A DNA stretch of 62,981 nucleotides, filler included, from Lenisia limosa (lineage: Eukaryota > Protista > Breviatea): assembly GCA_001655205.1 (NCBI GenBank). It is 8 parts of 8 records of this genome, joined end to end, with 100 filler letters (N's around TTAATTAATTAA, not from the genome) between each part and the next. Parts side by side here need not be neighbours in the genome. Positions count along the whole stretch, not along the records: positions 41,810 to 48,592 come from LPNZ01010938.1; positions 48,693 to 50,777 come from LPNZ01010049.1; positions 50,878 to 53,869 come from LPNZ01000596.1; positions 53,970 to 59,966 come from LPNZ01007414.1; 4 more parts are not named here. One strand, given 5' to 3'. This document shows, in pieces, positions 46,575 through 59,900 of this stretch (positions are counted from its first letter, which is position 1; every line of letters starts with the position of its first letter). The translations under genes were made by a program, and so were the position numbers. The notes beneath the pieces were generated by a model that worked only from the letters and a program-made list of their open reading frames with translations, did no database searches and was not told where the DNA came from.

Positions 46575-47095
46575 GTTTGGGGCTTGAAAAACCCAGAACA
46601 CCTACCTTTCATGGAGCCTTATTGTATATTGAAGAAACATAAAGATCATAGTTTAGGAATTTACCTGGGATGAGGAGGGTGCGGCTCACAAAATTTCAAA
46701 AAGTGTGAATCAAATATCTGATGAACTGAACTAGTCTCTTAACATAGTTACGATATTACAATTAAATACTCCTTTTTTTTTTTTTTTTATTATTTTTTAT
46801 TTACGTTCCTCTTTTACTGAAATAAAACTATCATTAAACACACTACTGCATTTAAGATTCTGTTTAATTCACTAAATATAAATCCTGCAAGTTACGCTCG
46901 TTTACTTCTATTTGTCCTTCAGCCGAGCCAGGTTCTCCATCCACAATTGCTCTTTCAATGATGCAATATCCTCTTAATCACTCTCAGAATAAAAAGAAAA
47001 AAAAAGACTAAAAAGAATAACGAGAAACTCCATTAAATAAAACGAACTTAAGAAAACTGAAGAAAAAAGCAAAAACCAAAACAAAACAAAAAGTA

Positions 47096-48100
47096 TTAGA
47101 GCCCCGTGGCTTCTTCATCATCGTCAAAGCCAACTGCCACTCCTGGGTAGGTAAAAGACAACATCACCATGTCATATTATACCATATCATATGATTCAAC
47201 CCTCTCCACCGGAGCTATATCGAGACGAGATCAAGCCGCGGCCCTTATATCCCTTTGTCAGACTCTGTGCACTCCTTCGAATCGGGTCATCCTGTTTTGT
47301 TAGGGGTAAGACCATCCAGCCTTATTGGTAGGGGTATCATCCTATTCAAATGCTGAATTCACTTCAAAGAAAATGAAAAAGTTAAATAATAGATAATAAT
47401 AGATAATACTAGATAGTAATAGATAATAATAGATAATACTAGATAGTAATAGATGTGCCAGCTCAACAACTTAGAACACACCCACCTGAAGACCCAAAGA
47501 AGCTCCTTCGATCATTCGACCTAAAGAGGAATAAGATTCCAAATCAAGATTCATCGCAAGAATCCTGAACCCCCCCATCCCCCACATTGAGCGATAATCC
47601 TGAACCCCTTGTTGACTTGAGCCTCTTCTTCTGTCTCATCATGAACAAAACCCTGCAGAATCAGTGCAAATAAAATTCCTAGTTTCCCACACCCATACAC
47701 ACAGATTATTCTGAGTTTCCCACCCATACATACAGATTATTACCCCCCCCCCCCNNNNNNNNNNNNNNNNNNNNNNNNNNNNNNNNNNNNNNNNNNNNNN
47801 NNNNNNNNNNNNNNNNNNNNNNNNNNNNNNNNNNNNNNNNNNNNNNNNNNNNNNNNNNNGCGCTGTGCGTGGCCTAAATGGTCAAAAGAGCAACATAACA
47901 GTGGAACAACAAATATTCAACAAACAATCACTTAATACCGTGATAATACAGCCAAGGAGAAGGATGGCGGGCGCCATGTTGCTTGACTTGCCAACGATGG
48001 TGATTGCCAATGGCGCTGCCATAATCTACGGTATTATGTATTATGAAGGGGCTGAGGGGTGCAATCTAATTACCATGAGGGAGTAGTATTGCCTGGTGAA
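47096..48100 (-). CDS. Hypothetical protein, 3' exons
   Basis: GT-AG exons IMAAPLAITIVGKSSNMAPAILLLG, GFVHDETEEEAQVNKGFRIIAQ, DDPIRRSAQSLTKGYKGRG and GVAVGFDDDEEATGL*; no family recognised. Confidence 0.35.
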
Positions 48101-48386
48101 AGATGAGGTTTATTTGAGAACTTTGATAGTACATTTTTGGTGACACCAGAGATTACGTGCACTTTACTGTTTCCAAGAAATTAATTAAGATGTTTTCTTA
48201 AAGAGATTTTTGGCAATTATTACAACAGATGATATCATGTGATATGGACATGACGATATTTCATATTAAATATGATATGGAATCCGCCTGGATTCAAACT
48301 TAGAAGGCATAATTAAAGCTCGTATAAACTTAGAAGGCCTAATTAAAGCTCATAGAAATTAAAAATCGTATAAACTTAGAAAGCTA

Positions 48387-48592
48387 CTATTTTGGGCTTT
48401 TTTGTTTCATAAGTTTTTCAATTTTACCTCCCCCCCCACCCCCGCGCAGGTATTTCTTGCGCATAATGCTGTAGAAACACCCCACCCCACAAACCTGTGA
48501 AAAAGCAGTATTTTGCCCTCCATTAACCATCAGGAAAAAGTTGAGCACAAGGGGAGGCATTATGCGCAAGAAATACCTGCGGGGGGGGGGGG
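48387..48592. mobile_element. A-unit repeat followed by a fold-back: C-tract, 25-bp IR, 87-bp spacer, IR, G-tract
   Basis: CGCAGGTATTTCTTGCGCATAATGC (48445-48469) and GCATTATGCGCAAGAAATACCTGCG (48557-48581) are a perfect inverted repeat. Confidence 0.75.
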
Positions 48593-48692
48593 NNNNNNNN
48601 NNNNNNNNNNNNNNNNNNNNNNNNNNNNNNNNNNNNTTAATTAATTAANNNNNNNNNNNNNNNNNNNNNNNNNNNNNNNNNNNNNNNNNNNN
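48593..48692. other. Artificial scaffold linker
   Basis: N44-TTAATTAATTAA-N44. Confidence 0.97.
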
Positions 48693-49136
48693 GTTTTTGT
48701 GGACGGGGATATATCATATAATATCATATGTATTTGCTCAAGGTCCAAAATTATGTCGTTATTGAATTAATCAAATCCTATTCCCCTTCAAAATAGTAAT
48801 AAATTTCTGAGATATACACACTATATTTATTTATGAAGGCCTTTCAATTTTTTTTTTTTTGCAAGATCAACAAACTATGTCGCAAAAATTTAATTGTTTC
48901 AGCGCCACGCTCGCGCATTTTTTTTCAGTTTATGCTCGCATTTTTCTCATATAATGTCCTTTTTTACGAGTTAAATTGTTGTGAAGTTGACCGTAACATG
49001 AAAAAGAGACAGAAAATTGAATTAACAACAATAATTCGAATTAACATAGTTTAGGACCTTGAGCAAAGATATTATACACTATATCATATGATATATATTT
49101 TTTGTTTCTGAAATATTGAATAACATGGCCCTGCAG

Positions 49137-50632
49137 TCAAGCCCTATCGCTTTGCTCGAGTCAACGAGCTTGCGTGGACTGTTGATGAGGCGCTTGCCTA
49201 TTTGGAGGAGGAAGAGTGGACCAAAGTCGCTTCAATGGAGGATTTAAAGGAGTATGGGGGTGAATCACAGTAGTATACCAATATATTATTAGTTCCTTAG
49301 GTTTGGGGATTTTTATTCTTGAGTGCCCTTTTCAACTATGCCTGTCTCCTTTCATCACCCTTAGGCACACCCACACCTTTATGATTGATGATCATTTGGA
49401 TGATGTGCTCGTGTTTCCCCCCGGTATGTGGGTAATGAAAGAGTTGAGATGTGGTGGTGGGGGGGGGGTCTTCTGACAATTCATGATGACTGTTGCTTGA
49501 TTTGTGATTAAGCTTGAATGGGGTCTCATCCTTCAGGCACGGACCTCCACGATCACCCGTGTTACCAGGACGGGTCACTTATTCTCCAGGTTAGAGTATT
49601 AGTCTTCTTTTGGCATTGTTTTTATCACAATTGATACAGATTAATCTTTATTCATCCAAGTCGTTTTCTCTTTCTTTCTCACACTTCAGGACAAGGCTTC
49701 GTGTATGCCAGCCCATTGTTTGGAGGTTGAGGAGGGGGATGAGGTGATTGACGCGTGTGCAGCCCCAGGTAACAAGGTTGGCAATGGGAAATCGTGGATT
49801 CAGTTACTTCCCCTTTTCTTATTGAATGTCGATCTTAATCCAAGATTTTTCAAGAACCTCTTTCATGTGTTTTGTAAAGTGGAGAGTTTAGCGATATCAT
49901 GTTGTATTTACAATTACAAAACAAAAACACTTCCCTGATTTCTTCAGACAAGTCACACTGCGGCTCTTCTCAAAAACACCGGTATGCAAATACCTTCGCG
50001 CAAGCAATCAATGTCTTTAATAAATACGAAATACAACTGTATACATTATGTATGTATATATCCGCTTTTTGGANNNNNNNNNNNNNNNNNNNNNNNNNNN
50101 NNNNNNNNNNNNNNNNNNNNNNNNNNNNNNNNNNNNNNNNNNNNNNNNNNNNNNNNNNNNNNNNNNNNNNNNNNNNNNNNNNNNNNNNNNNNNNNNNNNN
50201 NNNNNNNNNNNNNNNNNNNNNNNNNACCTCAGCGACAAAAGGGCGGCCCTCATGGAGAGAATGCTCAGAAAGGCTGGTGTAGAGAGTGGGTAAAACTTGA
50301 AGACAGGTTTTTTTAGAAAGAACAAATACCGAAATAACTTGAGCTGACATTTCAAATAATTGCAGTTAATTTCATACCATCACATTATGTTCATTTAATC
50401 ATTTCTTTTTAGAGGCTCCCTTTGTATATTTTCTAGTCCGTATATTTTTTGCGGGTTTTTTTGTAAAAGTGTATTGTCTTTTGTTAAAGTACTGATGACA
50501 TAGACACGGAAGTCAGGGTCTGTGATTTCCTCAAGACAGACCCCGAGGAGTTCCCACGAGTGACCAAGATTCTTCTGGACCCTTCATGCAGTGGAAGTGG
50601 CATTATCTCGCGCCTCAATGACATCACCAAGG
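49137..50632 (+). CDS. NSUN5: NSUN5/Rcm1 rRNA m5C methyltransferase, internal fragment
   Basis: [85 protein letters not shown]. Confidence 0.93.
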
Positions 50633-50777
50633 GTAGGCCAAGCCACAGCCCTGGTCATAATGTTTGGATCGGCTGATTGATTTAGATTGTTGTTGTGGGC
50701 ATGTGTTTTGTGTTTTTGTATATCATCTTGATATTTTAACCTGAACTATTTTAGTGATCTTGTTTGTTTTTTTTTTT

Positions 50778-50877
50778 NNNNNNNNNNNNNNNNNNNNNNN
50801 NNNNNNNNNNNNNNNNNNNNNTTAATTAATTAANNNNNNNNNNNNNNNNNNNNNNNNNNNNNNNNNNNNNNNNNNNN
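50778..50877. other. Artificial scaffold linker
   Basis: N44-TTAATTAATTAA-N44. Confidence 0.97.
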
Positions 50878-50949
50878 CATCACTCCAGCTTCTGCAGCAC
50901 CGCATCCCATCACTCCAGCTTCTGCAGCACCGCATCCTATCACTCCAGT
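50878..50949. repeat. 30-bp tandem of the B-unit repeat
   Basis: CATCACTCCAGCTTCTGCAGCACCGCATCC x2.4; related to 24708-24755 and 59367-59403. Confidence 0.8.
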
Positions 50950-51059
50950 GTTTGGGGTGTCTGTGATAAGACGGTGGCTGGGGGAGGAGAGGAGAAGAGG
51001 GGGTACTTCGGGATAGCCTTCATGATCGGATTTTTGGGAAGTAAGAAACAAATTCTAGT

Positions 51060-51164
51060 TAGGGCTTCTCCCTTCGATACAAAAAAAAAAAGACTGATTT
51101 CACGATAAATCAACGATAAATATCGATATTTTATTAGTCTTTTTCGAACCGAAGTGAAGCCCTA
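51060..51164. mobile_element. TA-flanked MITE, TAGGGCTTCAC family
   Basis: TAGGGCTTCTCCCTTCGATAC...GTCTTTTTCGAACCGAAGTGAAGCCCTA. Confidence 0.8.
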
Positions 51165-51239
51165 ATTCCGATAGAATTATTAGGGATTTGCAAGAAACTC
51201 CCATAAGTGGGTCAGAAAATTTAACGTAAGGAAAATGTT

Positions 51240-52170
51240 GAATGAAGGCAAGATAACCATAGGTCGATAAGAATACTTAGATGACTGGGGACGAACAACA
51301 TAAAGGAAACATACTGTTCACTTCTTCCATTTGTACCATCTTCCCTTATTCGTCTTGCATTTATACACCCTACCATAATATCATTCTTACTTGTCTACCA
51401 CTTACAGAGGACGTGACGAACTCAGCGTTTTTGGGTGCGAAGTAGTATTGAAGCGAACCGGCACTAGAACTGATCTCCCTGGGTCGTGTTATTCCATATC
51501 ATTATCGATATCATATATTTTCCACAGTAGTCTTATGACCCCAAGTCATGTTTATGTGTTTTGTTGTATCATCTTATCTTACAATTGAAATGTTAAATAT
51601 TGCTATTCCACTGGTCGGACCATAAGGAAGTTAGCCCTAATAAATACAATATCAATCTCAGCAGAAGAGTCATACCTCCACAACGCTTTCAGAGCAGCCG
51701 AGTAAAAATTGTTGGGAATGGTCATTGTGAACTCCCCGGTGGTCTCAGATACTGTCAGAGCTACAGAGGACCCGTCGTCGAAAGTCATTCTGGGTGAGGT
51801 CAGCGGGGATATGGCTTGTCTACTAAAAATGGAGTTTAATCATGTTGAAATAAGCCTGAAATCAAATGGCCAATGCTTCTATGGTACATTATCAAATGTT
51901 TGCATGTGCACAAATAAGTCTCAATCATAAATAAAACAAACTTATATCCGGCAGAAGCTGTCCACAAAAAAAAACATATCTCATATACTAATCATAGAAT
52001 GGTGTATATGTCATTCCAGTAAACTTCCTTTTACACCCCCCTCCCCCAGAAGCCTACTCAAATCGAAGCTGGTCGAGAAAAGGCAGGGAACAAAGCGGGA
52101 TTTTACCAGTGAATTCGCCGACGTCTGCAGGTTGTTGGGGCTCATAATCCAGAGCTCCGTTGGCTCGGAC
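51240..52170 (-). CDS. Hypothetical protein, internal exons
   Basis: Phase-compatible exons ..LDQLRFE|MTFDDGSSVALTVSETTGEFTMTIPNNFYSAALKALWR|EISSSAGSLQYYFAPKNAEFVTSS; no family recognised. Confidence 0.35.
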
Positions 52171-52188
52171 CTTTGTGATTATTTGTGT

Positions 52189-52345
52189 TATGCAGTAAAG
52201 TCTCTATTGAAACTAGGATCATTTTAAGATCAAGTCTCTGAAACAAGGATCAGAAATAAAGTCTCTATTGAAATTGAGATCATAAAGATCAAGCCTATAT
52301 TGAAACTAGGATTATTAAGATCAAGTCTCCATTGAAGCTAGGATC
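52189..52345. repeat. Degenerate ~30-bp tandem array starting TATGCAGTAAAGTCTCTAT
   Basis: About five AAGTCTCTATTGAAACTAGGATC..TAAGATC units; the first 19 bp recur at 39629-39647. Confidence 0.65.
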
Positions 52346-53008
52346 GTATATCCGGTGGTTAAACTGTAAAGAGGATTGTCAACTTAATAAGGATTCTTTT
52401 TATTATTACCGGCAGGTCTTTTGGTCCAAAGATTGTTAGGCTATTACTTTTGAACTTTTTCGCTATTTGATGGATTTATTTAATGTAGAAGAACTTCGTG
52501 CAATTAATTTCCTGAAGAAAATAACAAAATTTGAAATTAAAGTGTCTGAAATTGAGATTACATCACATGTAGCACTTTAAATTTTGCAATTATTTTGAAA
52601 ATTAGTTGTACGGAGCTCTACTTAGTTCACCAAGAGAATCCTACCGAGATGTTATAGCATTGTTGGGAAACAGAGGGCAGTACCTCCATTCTCAAACACA
52701 CTAAAATAAATGAACAGTAAAAACGAATGGAAAATAATGAACAGGAATAATCTTGAAATCCATCAGATGTACATTCAGAATAACTTGCCAAGACTTGCAT
52801 AAAACTAAGAACAATTGGACATTGAACTCATTCAAACTGAAGAACAATATAATGTTAACATTATTCTCATATAAAACTGAAGAAAGCTTATTTCAAACCT
52901 GTCTTTTCAAAAAAGCCGCTTCCAAGAAGAGCAAATCTCTGTTTGATACTGAAGGTATTAAAAAGGAATGACAAAAAGAACAAGAACAGAAAAACTATTA
53001 CCAAAAAC

Positions 53009-53254
53009 TAGGGGTTCACTTCGGTTCGAAAAATAAACTGAATCTTCGAAAACTATCGACATTTTTCCGGATTGTTTTACTTTTTTCAAAAGTGAAGCCC
53101 TCCCTATAAACAACGAATTGGCCAATCAATCAATACTAAAGTTCAATTCTTTGAATATTAGGGCTTCATTATGGTTCGAAAAAGACCGGTATTTATATCG
53201 GTAGTTTTCGAAGATTTTTCGAGAATTCTATTTTTGAACCGAAGTGAGGCCATA
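53009..53254. mobile_element. Two TAGGGCTTCAC-family MITEs (53009-53101, 53159-53254)
   Basis: TAGGGGTTCACTTCGGTTCGAAAAA...AGTGAAGCCCT and TAGGGCTTCATTATGGTTCGAAAAAGAC...TTTTTGAACCGAAGTGAGGCCATA. Confidence 0.8.
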
Positions 53255-53869
53255 GTGAATACGCGTATTAAACTTCTTTGAAATAAAAAAAGTATCGAAG
53301 ACAAAGGAGGCAACACGGAGGTAAATAAGAACAATCAAAGGAATTGGAATCATTGCTTAGGCAATGGGCACAAAGATGGTTAGAAAACAGGAGTGAACAG
53401 AAACTCAATTTGTATATGAAAAACGTACCCAAGTACGTTTATTCCATTGTAGTTGGATAATTATCCTGATATCTACAAATGACACAGATGTAGAAATGAG
53501 AATTACAAATACGTCCAAATAGTGAGTAATTGCATCCCAAGGTGAATTCTTGAAAAATCCTTGTTCCCAAAAACAAAAAGAGACAAGAAACTCCCTTATA
53601 CTCGCAATGACTCCCCCATTCAGAACATCGGAACGCTTCGTTCCTTTCCATATGCATCAATGAGGGCGGACTAACCGAGGGATCGGTAAAATTCGAGTCC
53701 AAATGGATCTGAAAAAATTACTATGAAAAGAATGGGACTTTTTTTTATAGAATCCCAAGTTATAATTAATGTTGTTATGTCTTGCTTTCTAAACCGCTCA
53801 AATTCTGTGATAAGCCACAACCGAGGAAAGTCTTGACCTTTGTCCAAAAGGTTATATGATATTTCGTCA

Positions 53870-53969
53870 NNNNNNNNNNNNNNNNNNNNNNNNNNNNNNN
53901 NNNNNNNNNNNNNTTAATTAATTAANNNNNNNNNNNNNNNNNNNNNNNNNNNNNNNNNNNNNNNNNNNN
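53870..53969. other. Artificial scaffold linker
   Basis: N44-TTAATTAATTAA-N44. Confidence 0.97.
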
Positions 53970-56900
53970 TCCGTTTTCCCCGAAGTCAATACAAGGCTGT
54001 GTAACTAGGTATCCATATCTACGTTCTAACCCGTCAGCCGCCAGCCTACCAGGAAGTGGGAGGTTCTGATGACCTGGCAAGTCCACCATTCCAATGAGAA
54101 TCTGAAACGTGAGAGACATTCATGATATCCAGCTAATGCTACCCTTATTGCTTGTGAAAAAAAAGTGGCTACAATCGGAGGAAATATGAGAAGGTATAAN
54201 NNNNNNNNNNNNNNNNNNNNNNNNNNNNNNNNNNNNNNNNNNNNNNNNNNNNNNNNNNNNNNNNNNNNNNNNNNNNNNNNNNNNNNNNNNNNNNNNNNNN
54301 NNNNNNNNNNNNNNNNNNNNNNNNNNNNNGATCTCAGGCCGAAGCCGTCCACACCATCACGCTTTTAAGAGATATTGGATTATAGGATAATATTTATTTA
54401 GAGGAGCAATACTAGCAGTATCAATGACACGCCCGGAGCCGACCTGAGCCATGGTGTGGCCCGGCATTGCGATGGTGTTCTTGATGAGAGCGAGAGCGTC
54501 ACGCTGCATCCTGGCACGCGACCAGTCGTCAAGTCGGAAGGCCTCATCCAGGGGATGGTCGAGGTCACACTGGGGGGGGGGGGCAATGATACGGAATAAA
54601 GCACTCTTTTGGCAAAACAGTAGGGGGGGAATGAAATACTGCGTAAATTTGGAAATATGAAGAGGAAATTTTTTTAAAATTAATTTCTTGGAAAATGAAA
54701 AGCCGAGACCACCGCCAACATCAATGGAGTCGGCAATGAACGCCGAGTGGACGGCAGTGGTTTGGATGGCAAGAATCAAGGCGCTCATCAGTTCCTTGAT
54801 GGTCCCGGTCTGCTCCAGAATACTCACCTGGCATCAAGTTAGAAATAGCCTCATGGATTGTAGCTTCATATAGTCCATTTGAATGGCGATATCAATAATG
54901 GAAAGGTGGTTGCGGTGACATGAGTCAAAGTGGATAATTCATCGGTATCAATGCAAGTTGTCTAGGAATCCACCAAACATACCACAGGGGCGCCTCTCAA
55001 CGTGAAGTGGGAAATGACCTGAAGAGCGGCGGCCGAGATAGAGGCGTGTTGGCTTGACGTCAGCCTGAGGGGTCAAGCAATGGCCATTCAGTGTTGCACC
55101 AATTGCGCTATATCTGATCTTTCTTCCCCCATAGCCCATCAGATTGCCCATATTCTCGAAACCCTGGAATGCAACACAATTAAAGTTTTCTCCATCTCTA
55201 AAACCCCCGTGGAAACATCGTTATTTTTCGCGAATTGATCGAGAAATTCAGCTTTTCGGGAGCACAGAACCGTAGTATTACTATTCCTCCTCAAACACAC
55301 GCATTAAACATCTTCTTTCAAATCACGCCAATATGAGAACCTAAAAATACCTTTGAAATAGATATCCAATAGCCCGAGATACCTTGAGCAGTCAAAGATG
55401 AGGTTGGTGGACACGAGGACAACGTGGATGGGATGCGGCGTGCGGGTGGGGAAGCATGAGTGGCTGAGGGACACGAAGGTCTCGTCCTACGGTGTCACGG
55501 AAATGAGAATGCGGGGGGGGGNNNNNNNNNNNNNNNNNNNNNNNNNNNNNNNNNNNNNNNNNNNNNNNNNNNNNNNNNNNNNNNNNNNNNNNNNNNNNNN
55601 NNNNNNNNTATCACTTAGCAAGTCGGTCAAGTCTTATCCCGATCACTGTATAAGCGTGTATGCTAGCAAATGGGATTGTGGTGGTAGTAAGGAAGGAGAT
55701 AGTACGCACCTTAGAGGCGAGAAGGTCAATGAAGTGAAGAATGGACGAAATGGCGTCAACGATATGAAGGGGGGGAACTTCGCTTTGCTGCAATGTTATC
55801 AATGTTAAGAGGCTCAAAATGAAGAACCCTTATTTTGTGTGGGAAAAGACGAGATCGATTCAGCCAACCAAGGCGATAAGGGAGGCGGAGTGGAGGGCGC
55901 TCGTGATGAGTCGAAGAGGGCGCTCATCTTGCAGTAAAAGAGAGAGAACAGCAAAGCCTGAGGGATGAGAAGCAAATTAATGACTGTAACAGAACCCTTG
56001 TTAAGGTACGCGAGGAACAACTTAGTTTGAAATTCAAATTTGTGAAAAAAAAAAAAACTTTCTTGGTCCGCTTTAGTTCAAGGCCCACCAGCAGAACACG
56101 CACCGACTCCGTTGAAGTCGTTTTTGCCGTTAAAGCAGTTGGTGGGGGGGAGAACTGGGGAGTCGGGGTTGCTTGCTGCAGTGTCAGAGGACCAAAGAAT
56201 TCAATTGCTCCCTCCCAAAACAAAAACGGAATTTGACAATAAATCCATGATAAAAGTCATTTCAGCCACATCCATCTATATCACCAATTAATCTGCAGGG
56301 CTGGCCCTTTTTTCTAACCCACGGAGGAAGTATTGGCGAAGAATCGTGGACAGAAGGCGAACCACAGAGGTCAGGATCTCCCATCGCTCGCTTTCCCTCT
56401 TATAACTCCTGGTTTCGTACGGTAGGAGGACTGGAGGGGGGGGGGGGGNNNNNNNNNNNNNNNNNNNNNNNNNNNNNNNNNNNNNNNNNNNNNNNNNNNN
56501 NNNNNNNNNNNNNNNNNNNNNNNNNNNNNNNNNNNNNNNNNNNNNNNNNNNNAGAGGGGGCAATAACCAAGAAATTATTTGTTAGCTTGGAATCTTTGAT
56601 GTATTGATGACGCTGGAAGAGCAACATGACGCAAATTATCACCAAAAATACACCACATCCATTGATCATAATAGACGATTTAGCGTCTTTCCTCTCCCCA
56701 CAACCGAAAAGCCCTCTACCAACCTTGGTTAATGACGAAGTCGAGGTACTGCAGGACCGCCCCATTTGCAGCAAACTTGGGGAAGGGGGCCACAACAGTC
56801 AACTGCTGCAACAGGCCGAGGAAGGATCGGGTCTGGGGGGGGGGGGTAAAATTGGAAAATTTATGAAANNNNNNNNNNNNNNNNNNNNNNNNNNNNNNNN

Positions 56901-59900
56901 NNNNNNNNNNNNNNNNNNNNNNNNNNNNNNNNNNNNNNNNNNNNNNNNNNNNNNNNNNNNNNNNNNNNNNNNNNNNNNNNNNNNNNNNNNNNNNNNNNNN
57001 NNNNNNNNNNNNNNNNNNNNNNNNNNNNNNNNNNNNNNNNNNNNNNNNNNTTTATGAGGGAAAAAAAAAAGCAACTCTGTTGGCTAAATATTTGCGAAAA
57101 ACACATGAGGAAAAACAACAAACAAAACAAAGCCCAGTCCAGTGGATACTGCAACACTTTATCCCATCATCAATGAGAAAGGCCAGTAATCGATATTTAT
57201 CGAGTATACTCGTACTATATCGGCACATTAGAGCAGCGCAGTGGAGATGGAGAGATATAAGTGGCAAAATAAGAATAGTTCATCCAAAGTTATCAAGCAG
57301 GCATACCAAAGGATAGACCTCGTCCGCAGCCTCAATTTGCCTCAAGTCGTCAACAAGACCGCCCTGCACTCCGGTCGCAGTCACCAGGTTGGCACGGTCA
57401 ACTAGCTGCCACAGCTGCGGAATGAGTTAGCTTTGTCGGGTAAGACATTTCCAGTTTTGGTAATAAGGCCTTCCGATCTTCAAAGAAACTGCCCAGATAG
57501 CGAATAGAGAAATTGTCTTCCTGAGAAGGTCTAACTCCCGTCATTGCATCCACAATACTTCCCCGACTAGTATTTTGCTTTAGATTATGGAATATAAACC
57601 CTCCACCAACATTACTAGCCACTTCGGGAGAAGACACCAGGGAGCGAACTGCCGCCAAAAGCCCAGCCTAATGTGTTGTCAGTTAACATACAGAAGGTGA
57701 CCCCTTACAAACTCACGAGTGTCAGACTTATCATGGTCACTGTAAAACATGATAAGGAGCAAAGTGTTTACGATTTATTATGCCCAACTCAGAAAATTCC
57801 CATAAAAAAGGGAAAGAAAACCAAAAGTCTGTCCTGCCTATAAATCCTGATGTTACAAGCAACAGCCAAAATATTAGCAATTCGAGGACTCACCTTGAGT
57901 TCCACTCTGATGGGGCAAATACTGAGTGAAAGAAGGGACGTCAGCGCCTGCCAGCGGGGGTTCTCCACGATGAGCTGAAAGATCAAAATACAGGGCTCTG
58001 TTCAGAATCGAATAATTGAGGGGGAGAAGCATCGAATAATTGAGGGGGAGAAGCATACTAGATAAGATACTAACATATATAGCATATAAGTCCACAATAT
58101 CGTTCCCATACAGCATATAAGTCCATAGTACCTTCTGAACGTTCAAAGATGTCGACGCCAGCGTCGCAATCAAATGACTCACGCCAATAATACCAGCAAT
58201 ATCCTGAGGGAGGGGGGGGGGGTAAACAACAATTTTAAAGAAACAAAATTGAGAGAGAAAAAACTCTGAAATATTAGCAAAAATGAATGAAGGAGAGAAA
58301 TTGGGGCATTGTGTATTTCGGCCAGTTTGATAAGATCGCAGCTCGCCAGACCCACTCTGTCGAGAAGTTCATGCGTGGAGTTGCGAGATGGTGACAACTG
58401 ATCAGCATAATGCTCCACAGCCCTGGACTGTCAAAACGGAAATGGACTGTCAAAACGGAAATGGGCATATACCCAGAAACATATGTTTGATATCATAACT
58501 GTATGTGTCGAGCAAAATGGTCATATCAGATCCATAGCAGCCGACTTGAAAAAGTGATCAAGACTCAAGATGGGCGAAACCGAGCCGATAAGAAGGCGGT
58601 ACACTTGCTCAGTGGCTTCGGGACCCGAGGCTGGCGGATGTCAGAAATTAGTTTCCAAGGTTGGCAGAGTACTAACACAATGGTGCTGAGTACTTCGAGA
58701 GTACTTATTTAATCATCATGTTAAAACAAGCATGCCAAACCGAGCGAGGCGAGGGCGAAGAGGAAGGCGTTGAGCGTGCGAGGCGTGAGAGTGTGGCGCG
58801 TCAAGATCACAAGATCCTGGCCTGCTGACGACTTCCAAAAGTTTGTTGCAAGACGCTAATTACGTAAATATGGCACAAAGAGTTAAGGTGCTTCGGACCC
58901 AAAGAGGGATACAATATCGAGGATTTATAGAGAATACCCATTCTGTACTAGAGAGCGAGTACTTTGCCTTTGTAATATAGCACAGTTTCCTCAGCCTACG
59001 TTCTGGCCGCGATAAACACCTTCAATGACACGGAGGAGGAACTCAAAAAGAGACGTGTTTCTTTCATCTGAACAGTGACACTCGTCCCAACACCACAGCA
59101 CCCACCCATCATGGAGGCGTAGGCGTCCTGCTGTGACAACCTCTGCATAACAGCGCCTTCATAGTCCACAGCTGCCGACTGCCAGCCCTGAATACGCGNN
59201 NNNNNNNNNNNNNNNNNNNNNNNNNNNNNNNNNNNNNNNNNNNNNNNNNNNNNNNNNNNNNNNNNNNNNNNNNNNNNNNNNNNNNNNNNNNNNNNNNNNN
59301 NNNNNNNNNNNNNNNNNNNNNNNNNNNNNNNNNNNNNNNNNNNNNNNNNNNNNNNNNNNNNNNNNNAAAGCCCAAGCCAGTCGCTTTTGCAGCACCGCAT
59401 CCCGGGTAAAAATTGACATTTATGAAACAAAAAAAAGCCCAAAACAACTCTGTTTAAACATCGAGGGGAAAATATCGCTTTGTTCAAGACAGCCGCATAC
59501 CACGACCCAGTCGCCGAGGACAGAGCGGTAGAAGTACGACGCGTCCTGAACAGACACTTCCGATGTCGCCATCATGCGCGTCAAATCGTCCCTAGTGTAT
59601 CATGCATGTCCGAAGCTAGACCAAATTGATGATGATGGAATGCAAATCAGTTAGACTTTTCATAACAAATCAAGCCTATTGATAATGGGCCATAATTTCA
59701 TTATTGCTTGTTGTTTAGGGAGTAGAAGATGAAATATTGATATTTATCGACAATTGAGAGACATCACAGTTTTCCGTCCCCGACGTTTCTTTACTCACAT
59801 TTGAGGAGCCGCAGCCCAGTTGAGCTCAGGACGGGCCAAGTCAACAAGAGGTCTGATCACGGGATCGCTGATGGTGGGGAAGGCTGGCGATTTGAGCATG

